NCBI GenBank assembly: GCA_001643675.2
Contig: LSRY02000012.1
Location: 372,001 to 436,000, forward strand
Source: Monocercomonoides exilis PA203
Lineage: Eukaryota; Protista; Preaxostyla
Reading direction: 5' to 3'
DNA: 64,000 bases
A program made the translations under genes and the position numbers. Every line of letters begins with the position of its first letter. Position 1 is the first letter of the stretch. The notes under the pieces were generated by a model. It did not search any database. It was not told the origin of the DNA and saw only the letters and a program-made list of their open reading frames with translations. Shown piece after piece: positions 57,101 to 64,000 of the stretch.

Positions 57101-58995
57101 TCATCACGAGCACCATGCAGCCCCTCGCGCAGATGATGAAGGCGTCGTGGATGGGCGCACCGTCTGCCCCCATGCGGCGGATACAGCCCTTGCAGAAGCC
57201 CATCCAGAGACCCCGCTCGAACTCAGAGACGGCGCGCTTTGAGAAGAAGACAAGAAGAGAAAAGAGGGAGATGTTCCACAGGCTGATGAACCAGATGAGC
57301 TCGGTCTCAGCACAGGCGGCGATGGCTGCTTCTGCCTCGCCTGCTTCTGCTTCTACTTCTACTGCAGCTGCCGCAACAGCTCATCCACAGCTGCTGCTCC
57401 AACCACCCCTGACGCCATATCCAACCAGGCTGTACATTCCTCCTTTCCTCCATCCACTTTCTTCTCCCTTGTCTCTTTATCCTTCTTCTGTCTCTCCAAT
57501 CTCTCCATCCAAATCCCCCGCAAAGTCCACCATTTCCAGCACATCTTCTGATAAGTCCATCTCATCCCCTTCCCCTTCCCCTTCTTCTGCTTCTGCTTCT
57601 GCTTCTGCTTCTGCCTCTGCCTCATCTTCCACTCCACACTCCGATTTGGAGCAGCGTGCACCACTGCCCCTCCGCTTGCCCTCTCCCACGCAGTCACTTT
57701 CTTCAGCACTGCCTATATCTCTGCTTCCTCCTTTTATGCCGCCTTTCCTGCCTTCTTCTTCTTCTTCTTCTTCTTCCACTCCGCAGTCAGCAAGCTCTCT
57801 TTCATCTTCACTTCTGCGCCTAGCCAGCCCAACACATTCTGCTCTGTCTTCTTCTTCTGCTTCTTTTGCCTCTTCTGCTTCTTCTATCTATTCAACAGAC
57901 ACCACCCTCAGGAAAGGGTCTGCCAAAACTGTCACATTTGGAGAATCGCTTCCTCACAGCGAAGGGTCGCCTTCTTCTCTTGTGCTGTCTGCTGACAGCT
58001 CCACGCCTTCTTCATCCACTTCCTTCCCTCTTCCTTCTCCTCCTTCTTCGTTTCCCGCCCGCGGCACATTTGAAGGCACCTCAGCCACTTACTCCTCTTT
58101 CCTCAGAGAATCCCCGCGTCCTCTGCAAAGCCCAGGCAAGAAATCTCTCTTGTCAACTTCCCTCCGCTCCATCAAAAAGGCATTCGATTCGACCAGCCTC
58201 TTCGCTTCTCCCAAGGCGAAGACGAAGAAAGAGAAAGACGATTTCTTCACTTTCTCGCCGGCTGACACTGTTTCCTTGTTTTCTGGGAGGAAGCAGAACG
58301 TCAAAGACGGAGAATCTGTCCAGCTGTCGTATCACCACACACCCCGCACATCATCACTCCTGGGTGTTGTTGGTGCTTCGCTCACTTCTTCGTTTTCTCC
58401 TTTGTCATATTCTTTTGCTTCTTCTTCCTTCTCTTCTTCCTTCTCTTCTTCCTCCTCTTCCTCTTCCTCATCATCATCATCTTCTTCTTCTTCTTCCTCT
58501 TCCTTTTCTCCTTCTCCTTCTTCCTCTTCCTCCTCTTCCCAGTTCCAGCGCCAACTGCCCCACCACCGTCCTTCCTTCTCTCAGTTCTCTTTCGCCTCGT
58601 CTTCGTCCACAGGCAGCTTCTTCCAGTCATTCCATCCAATCCCACAGACAACACCCAGTCTGCTGCAGCATCCTTCTTCTGATGCTCACAGCCAAGCTGC
58701 TCCTTCGATGTCTCCAAACAGCCTTTCTACTTCTCCTTCTATCTCTTCTTCTTCTTCTTCTTCTTCTTCTTCTTCTTCTTCCTTTTCTCCTTCTCCTTCT
58801 CCTTCTTTTTGCTCCTCCTCTTCCTCAACTTCTTCCTCAATGTCTGTCTCTTTCTCCACTATTTCCTCTTCCGCTGTTTCTTCTTCTTCTGCCTCTGGAG
58901 AGTCTATTGATGCTTCTGTTCCTCCGTCTTCTTCGCTGCCTCCCTTATCTCCGTCTCCTCCTCCTTCTCCTCCTCCTTTTTCATCTGATTCTTAA
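51178..58995 (+). CDS. AGC kinase of the Rim15/Greatwall(MASTL)/IRE type with split kinase domain
   Basis: Single 2605-aa ORF. DFEIIKPITAGAYGRV, YAMKVL, HCDLKPDNLL, DFGLS at 52381, about 900-aa insert, then VGTPDYIAPE at about 55108, DWWAVG, TPFNG, AGC tail PVFQP...YF. Confidence 0.88.
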   Translation: MDIEQDSDNDLVAESVYETRTPTEGLNDHSTRDDNISDTDSLSSQIHYSPSASSLINAESPYTKAKRSIRSFYPYPRQRNIVGQRLPKSHSLSSLLFGKSAESEDSEARESPSNVDDSSETTSQSSVIHSPSTGTILHVEDQSFSYDPCAYDEEFTSKSLQPNDLRRLSSEPDNYPLRCDDMNSPIDLDDYIADDSVDCFDRPPPQQGKNRNESQERAAAQTPIFSLADFEIIKPITAGAYGRVLLVRPSRQQRFRRHKEQEQQQRTRLYAMKVLKRSSLTEARVQKRIILEYEITASLSVEARTAEEGEKNENDTRTDYIVPLACSFQTDENFYLVSDYQPGGDLFSLLVSMGYFEESVAKQYLTEIIVAVGFLHGHGIIHCDLKPDNLLIGEDGHLRLTDFGLSVPAFWRNVHASDSNEEGNEEGNGEGCEGCEENEGNEECEECEGNDNNDNNDNNEGNEQDGQDEQGKTNGQEAEDVCVNGESEGEQEAANGNVSKESTQSMADNDGNNQSNQMMMSCVDSTGNLMQPKSNSLSPAHSVHPTAVTQAASVISSPSSPKELSSSSSSSSSSSSSSSSPGIIISNNNNAISLTLTPETAVNFNVLRPVEPSGNGSPSSQQSIQTATQQSADELQVAQSSSQTQTPSQLQSHHQETSLLPSLSHSPSLQRSPSPSQRAPPPPPPLSPALPLPLPLPLSPSSPSSPSPQSQSHSHSIQLQPSHSQSQPQLPPHPHPLPHHPPLPPPLHISPLSSPSDTHQKARSPPALVTYAPSPIHTNSSLFFNPPSASPCLRRRSPPPQCRQSATSPSPLTRSSSLSTPSSCSTALISPSSSQNISISPLVSSPSQSSHSSQKKRTLLSAVTGGDKISSAVSELNSPNFVEFTFDSSPSTPHSAQSRTRVNSLASSLSGSTSLNISNPSASISSSSSCSGFHRTKSSSSSSSSSSSSSSTSSTSSLASSLDIDKCSSHDCSTSTSSISSISNNSNNSHNSTARSHFERSKSLSRPSTAASSSSVSAIATATTNNVLSTPLGFTPKNSTDTLELSCVNKTPTPPPPIAMAVSSVTQTPSSSSPPPPFYSSSSSSSSSSSTSSLNSNSNSNSSDYLLPLSSKTSSQPFQSSSLSSAVSICSSPSASSPSHFSSPSLSPSPPPSSSPSTSPSSSPSPSPSPSPSPSPSPSTSISLSATYSTTSIPQRFSPSPSFKELPDTTEPASFSSPFSQHERTPPPQLLPDSFLTSSQDSQLSQISHSSQSTHSSRSSQSVHSQDPSASPSASPSSSPPSPCHSSSSPPSPPSPSPSHSSHQSSPIHIVGTPDYIAPEVITKGEEAMTFALDWWAVGIIFYEMLTGTTPFNGATRDEVFQNILHSEVDFTALPEETSEEAVSLIRQLLQKDPAKRLGTIDMTANNIADEIEENNNSKGVLPVDVAGSKGAEAVKRHAYFSGINWKSVYEEEPVFQPVIESEEELTKYFENRDERFPVRAINTDDVDMDMKKARRERGQQMLDEIAAEMRQTKMKQCVGRSRKAQKQKRKKKSYGVRGRRRRKVRRFVQSDTTDETTELMTTTEPVDRVLSPFSPAPLGNCGNCGNYNTLKVVRHHPVSQQMGKTSPSAASNAAVTTTADNNNSNNGSSGSLEAQGEQASPNTNTNMNTNANINTVSSSNSKRTQSTATVESPLHQANPLSGSSLMPHSQFSLARQPSMHEIVMPSPSPPHLSQQNQQQNMPQQQQQQQQTLLPPPFSSHGSLSLPFGSMDENITKEANEKKVQGESQEMNVSGINRNVSVGKEKGEKEKQEERNEEEEEEEEEEEEEEDEEEESEEEGEEMSDWELLDDVSTSETSTDTETFEMVDMKQCKEPDKHATTPTSASTIAAASTTNSASTAFASASASASATTSSSSSSSSSKSSSKSSHPAVPGMKRRHSFSEIEEDLQDYKFIITNDLGYDRTTLRLPSVVRREQLGASSHRPPLATLKALKSLITSTMQPLAQMMKASWMGAPSAPMRRIQPLQKPIQRPRSNSETARFEKKTRREKREMFHRLMNQMSSVSAQAAMAASASPASASTSTAAAATAHPQLLLQPPLTPYPTRLYIPPFLHPLSSPLSLYPSSVSPISPSKSPAKSTISSTSSDKSISSPSPSPSSASASASASASASSSTPHSDLEQRAPLPLRLPSPTQSLSSALPISLLPPFMPPFLPSSSSSSSSTPQSASSLSSSLLRLASPTHSALSSSSASFASSASSIYSTDTTLRKGSAKTVTFGESLPHSEGSPSSLVLSADSSTPSSSTSFPLPSPPSSFPARGTFEGTSATYSSFLRESPRPLQSPGKKSLLSTSLRSIKKAFDSTSLFASPKAKTKKEKDDFFTFSPADTVSLFSGRKQNVKDGESVQLSYHHTPRTSSLLGVVGASLTSSFSPLSYSFASSSFSSSFSSSSSSSSSSSSSSSSSSSSFSPSPSSSSSSSQFQRQLPHHRPSFSQFSFASSSSTGSFFQSFHPIPQTTPSLLQHPSSDAHSQAAPSMSPNSLSTSPSISSSSSSSSSSSSSFSPSPSPSFCSSSSSTSSSMSVSFSTISSSAVSSSSASGESIDASVPPSSSLPPLSPSPPPSPPPFSSDS

Positions 58996-59399
58996 ATGCA
59001 TTCTTCCTCGTATTTATCTTTTACAAAAAGAATTTCGACTCGTTTTTAGTGTTTTAATAAGATGAATATTTGTATTTTTTATTTTTTTAAAAATTATTTT
59101 TTTTTCTTATGAGTTCATGAAATTTGCGTTGTACGCATCTTCTTCATCACATCAAAATTATCATCTTCGTGTGCCTTGCTGTTTATGTGCGTTATGTTTG
59201 ATATGTCTGCGTATTTATTATTTTCTTGAGATTGGTTTCTCCAAACGGAAAAAAATTGTGATAAAACAGGCTATTTAAATGAAATAAATGAAAACAAAAC
59301 AAAAAGATTAATTGATAAAAAAAAATCATAAAAATAAAATAAGAAAAATAAGAATTGTATGTTGTTTGCTTATTTAAAAAAAATATGAAAGTGTTTGCT

Positions 59400-60232
59400 T
59401 TATGATTGAATGGTCTGCTTCATCCCTTTGTAAGTTCTTCTCAAATCAAGTGCCTGTATCGATTCTGTTTTGTCTTGTGCTTTCTTTATCATCAAGTCTA
59501 ATTCAGCCATTTGCCTTTTCAGCTCTTTCACTTGCAAGTTAAGCGTTGCAGATTCCATGTTCAGCTGCTGTGCTTGTGCCCACTCAATTTCTTTTTTCTG
59601 TTGAAGCTCTGCCAGGCGAGATTCCATCATCATCTTTCTCATTCTATTTGACTGTTCTCTTGTTCTTTTGCGCCTACGCATGCTTGAGCGATGACGTGCT
59701 GAGGAAGAGGAAGAGGAAGAGGAGGAAGAAGAAGAAGAACTTTCTTCATCATTTTCATCTTCATTTGTGTATGGATATTCTTTTGGATCGATAGTTTCAT
59801 GAAATGAAATTTTTTTTGATGTGTTAGAAGGTGATGCAGATGAAGATAGTTGTTGATTTTTGCTTTTTCCGAGATAATTGCTTTCGGGCTCCGAAAAACG
59901 TTTTGAATTTGAAAGAGATGAAGAAAAATATTTTGAGGGATCTCCTGAAGATGGAAGTGTCATATGAATGATTGATTGATACTGGATTATAACAAAATAG
60001 CAAAAAACAATAAATAACGCATTTAAATGTGAATAACTTATGTTCAAACTGAAAGTGTTGGTTTTTGGAAAAATTCAAAGAGAGTAAGTGCAGCGTTTGG
60101 ATATTGCGTGTAATCTTCGTCTGTATTTAGCTCAATAGTTTCTTCTCCTTCTGTAACTGGTAAATCTAATAACACTCCTCCTGGTATTTGAGTTAAATCG
60201 AGATAAGGGGCTTGTTCTTTTTTTTCACTCAT
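59400..60232 (-). CDS. Hypothetical protein with C-terminal coiled coil
   Basis: ORFs 60044-60232 and 59400-60047 join in phase 0 via GTTTGA...TCCAG, giving KPTLS|YQSIIHM. Poly-Ser and a heptad-rich tail follow. Confidence 0.7.
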
Positions 60233-60398
60233 TAAATGTATTGAAGGATAAATAAACAGTAACAGAAATTGGCTTTTTATAAGCTATTGTAAATACAAAT
60301 ATTAAGTTCAAAAAGCTTTTGGAACAATATATTTTCAAAAAAACAAATGTGATCGTAACCACAACAAGAAAAGTTTCAACAACAATTGCATTTTTTGT

Positions 60399-63300
60399 AT
60401 GAGTGACAAATCAAATCATCATCTCAGCTGCGTAAATATACCAGCTGCAGAGTTACGAGCAATAACAACTGGATTATTTGAACAGCTTATTGCAGGAAAT
60501 GAAGATAAATTACGTAAATATCCTGTGTATTTATGCTTTTGTAACGCTTGTTTCGGGGATGATGAACATTCGTTTCAACTTGAAAAACTTGAAGGAATTT
60601 GTAGTATCGTTTCGCCAAACGTAATTAAAGAAATAGATCTCACGTTTGCAAATTTTTTCTTTTTGCCATTTTATTCTCATTAATCGAATATTTTAATATA
60701 TCCGTAGAGGAAATCGATTTCTAGAAATTGATTTAACAGAAATGAGTAAGATGAAAAATGGTTCAAAGCCAGGCTTTGAAAGACTTCGTCGGTTGTGGCT
60801 AGACAAAAATATGCTTGAGGATATCGCAATTACGTGTGTTCCATCCTTGGAAGAGTTGTATCTTGGATCCAACAAGGTTGTCTAAATGTAATCTGTTTTA
60901 AAATATTCTTCTCTAAACTTTTTATGATTTATTTGATGTTTATGTCAATCAGTTTAAGATTATTCCAAAACTTGATTTGTTAAAAAACCTCAGGGTTTTA
61001 GATTTATCTGACAACAATTTATCGGGTTCTCTTGTTCCATTGCTTCCAGTTGCTCCCACTCTCGTATTGTTGAACATTTCAAGAAATCAATATGAATGGA
61101 CAGAGAAAGGAATTGAAGAAGTTTGAAGTTTTCTTTCACCAGAAATTTTTATTTTTGTGACTGTAACACATTGAAAATAACAGGCAGGAGAAGTACTTGC
61201 TAAATTTCCAAAATTGCAAGTTCTTCGTGTTTCTCCGAACCCCGTTAGCGACTTTTTTGAGGATGGCTGGGTGTTTCACATTGTGTATGCATGCCGCGAA
61301 GGAAAACTTATCGAAGTGGATGGAATGCAAGTGAAAAAAGTGGACAAAAGAATACAACCGCTTCCTCTTGTCCTGACGGAAGCAGGGAAAAAGCAGAAAG
61401 AGCTGGAGAAAATGGGAGGGAGGAAAAGAATTGGTCAGTTGCGCACACCAAAAAGGAATTCAATTGTTCAGAAATTGGCATCGCAGGATATGCTGCAAAC
61501 TTCACTCCAGACTCCATCTTCATCATATGCCTCGTCGTCGTCATCGTCGTCGTCGTCTTCTTCTTCTTCATCAGCCACTCCTCAATCATCCACCCAACCA
61601 AAAGACAGCACCAATCAATTATCTTCCTCTTCATCCTCCTCCTCCTCCTCTTCTTCTTCTTCTTCCAGCTCTTCCTCCGCTGCCCCCATCCAGCGCGGCC
61701 ACGTCCCCTTTGCCGAGTTCAGCGACATCATCGCACGCTGCTTCGAGCCCGGGGCCCAGCCGCTCGCCCAGCTCGACCTCTTCCAGCGGACCATCCAGCG
61801 CTACAAGGCGATGGAGCCTGCACAGCGCACAATCGACTTCGGAGGCATCAGCCCGACCCGCCTCGCCGACGAGCTGGTTGCAGCCATGGCTCGCCTCGCA
61901 GGCACTTCCGCTGAGCTGCGGAAGGCGGCGGTCGAGGCGCTGGCACTGTTCATCGTGAACACCCCATTCAACGACGTGGGACTTCTGACAGCGGAGGCAG
62001 TGGTTAGGCGAGATTCGCAGAACGAGCATGACACGCCGCTGGGGGAGCTGATCAACCCAGTCGTGCTCAACCTGATTGAGGACAGCCTCGACCACACACA
62101 AAGACTGGATAACATTCCTCCGCTCGCCTTTGTGGCACCGCCTCCGCAGGACGACAAGAAAACAGAGAAGAGAACGGTCTTTGCGATGCTGGCTTCTCCG
62201 CAGCAGTCGGCGTCTACGCAGCCTGTCCTGCAGTTTGTGGGGAGGAAGCCCGAGTGGACATTCAACGACATCCACTTCCTGAAAGTGGTGGCTGTGCTGC
62301 GCCCGTCTTCTGCTGCGTTCCTGGCTGCCATTCCAACCATCGCTGATGAAGTGCCTCCGCCTCCCTCAGCACCTTCTTCCACTCCGCCCACACCAGCTAC
62401 CAACAAAGCGAAGGGCAAAGAGCAACCGCAGCCACAGGCCCTTCCTGAGTTCAATGGAAGTGTACACTTATTCCACTCGATGTGCATCGATGCGATCCTG
62501 CGGAAGGACGAAGCCTCCTTCTTGCCTGACTCCCTTCGTGTCCTGACGCTCCTCTGTCAAATCCCGGACTTCCTGCGGCTCACCCCGCGCTTCAACTACC
62601 TCGAGAACCTGTTCGAGCTCTTCGACAGCCTCCCCAAGCTGTCCGTAGACACTCCACTCCTCCCTCTCCACCGTCCTTTGTTTGCCGCTCTCGCCGCGCT
62701 GGGGCAGAACAGCGGGATTGCCCACATCGTAGTGCGGCGGACGTGCCACAAGCGCCTGATGCACCTTGTCGATAGCGTCGAAACGTCGCCGAGGCTGCCC
62801 AATTCGCCTCTCTTTGACAGCTCCTCTGATCTCACCCAGCTGATCTCCGGTGCGATTGAGTGTGTGGCATCGCTGTGTGTATCTATGCCTGTTCTGCGGG
62901 ATGTGATAGACAACTCTCAATTTGTGGTGAAGCTGGCAGAGCTGCTGGCGATGCTGCAGCCGTCTCCACCAGTCGTGACGGCGGCGGTGCGCGCGATGGA
63001 CTCGCTCATCACACGCACCACAGGCGTGGCTGACAGACAGATGCTATTTGACCGTTTCCTCTCAACGACGCAGGAAGGCGCTGTGCTTTTCGACTGCATC
63101 GACGGTGAGAGAGGAAGGAGGATCTTGGAGCACATCCGGTTTGAGGCCGGAGAGAACGGAGGAGACAGCAATGAATACGACGAGTATGAGTCAAGTAACA
63201 GGGGATTTGGTGCTTCTTCTGGGGCGTTTGGCACACTTGGCAGCAGCAGCTACAACAGCACAGCCGACTCGGCAGGCGAGATCTCGTTCAGCACAGTGAC

Positions 63301-64000
63301 TTACCCGTCCTTTGTGGAGATGTGTGTCTCTGTGCTGAGTCTAACATCTCACTACATCGAAAAAGCATACCAACACCAGGGGGCACAAACACTGGCAATG
63401 AATGCGGGGGAGACGCTTCTCAATATGTATTCTATGCCCAGTCATAGAGTGAAAATGATGATTCTTGACATCTTCGCGTCGTTCCCTCCGCTCCTCTGCC
63501 ATCCGCACCCGCTCGAGATACTGAAGGCCAGTCTGCATGTCTCCTCTGCCACTGATCTTGTGTCCGGGCGCACGGAGCACATCATCATCAAGTTGCTGCA
63601 CATCTTCACGCAGCTGCTGGTGGACGAGCCCGAAGCGCGGGTGATTGTGCAGTCGCCGCAGTTCGAGCCACTTGTGGGCGCTGTCCTGTCAATCATCGCG
63701 GTGAATGCGTCGCGCGCTGCCGATACCCACACAAACGAGAAGGCGGCGATTTGGGCGGCTGCCATCCTCTTTCTGAAGGCAGTCGATGAGAGCGGATGGG
63801 CTGCAGGTGTTGCTGAGATGCAGAACAGCAGCAAATCTCTCTCGCTGATTGCGCAGAACGAGGTGCGTTTTGGCGAAGAAAGTGGCTGCTGTGTGGAGGA
63901 CACTCACGTTGGAGACGACATCAGCTCCGTCATTGCTGCTTTCTCGACGCTTCCTCCTTCCTCCTTCATCGCCTTCCGCTTCTGCCGCAAGCTAGCGAAG
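60399..64000 (+). CDS. Leucine-rich-repeat protein with downstream helical (ARM/HEAT-like) region; runs off the window end
   Basis: Three introns join LRRs IKEIDLTGNRF, LRRLWLDKNML, LEELYLGSNKF, LRVLDLSDNNL, LVLLNISRNQY, LQVLRVSPNP and an LRRcap-like LIEVDG. The last frame appears open from about 61184 to 64000. Confidence 0.8.

Noticed and set aside
680-58995. Alternative genetic code (TAA/TAG = Gln) known from some oxymonads
   Set aside because: TAA terminates conserved genes at the expected ends (Dsk2 UBA, Rho CaaX, SNF1), and multi-kb ORFs contain no in-frame TAA/TAG.
57866-59065. 399-aa Leu/Pro-rich alternate-frame ORF overlapping the end of the Rim15-like kinase
   Set aside because: Frame-shifted reading of TCT/CCT repeats (CTT/CTC); no independent coding evidence.

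Overview
Eukaryotic, gene-dense, intron-containing DNA read in the standard code (TAA and TGA both end clearly conserved genes). Short GT-AG introns, Ser-rich kinase tails and a giant beta-helix receptor-pseudokinase gene suggest an oxymonad metamonad (Monocercomonoides-like); this assignment is inference. Manual splicing gives about 16 genes: Rpn12 (partial), a phage-type Dam-family N6-adenine DNA methyltransferase, an Osh6/ORP5/8-like OSBP, a degenerate Rho-like GTPase, Dsk2/ubiquilin, a TTBK kinase, the receptor pseudokinase, PTPA, mevalonate diphosphate decarboxylase, calreticulin, CHMP7, CtIP/Sae2, an FAE1-type KCS, SNF1/AMPK-alpha, a Rim15/Greatwall-like kinase, a coiled-coil hypothetical and an LRR protein (partial). 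The best candidate for an undescribed system is the intronless prokaryote/phage-type Dam methyltransferase (NAPF catalytic motif, acidic N-terminus, NLS-like patch), which lies beside a decayed DNA palindrome of about 1.6 kb. Other oddities are three probable pseudo-enzymes (Rho with T17N-like and G2/G3 loss, KCS lacking catalytic Cys and Asn, the receptor pseudokinase), a required GC-AG intron in CtIP, 3-nt and 6-nt first coding exons, a dominant GTTTG splice-donor motif and very compact head-to-head gene pairs. All alignments and counts were done by eye; no database searches were run.
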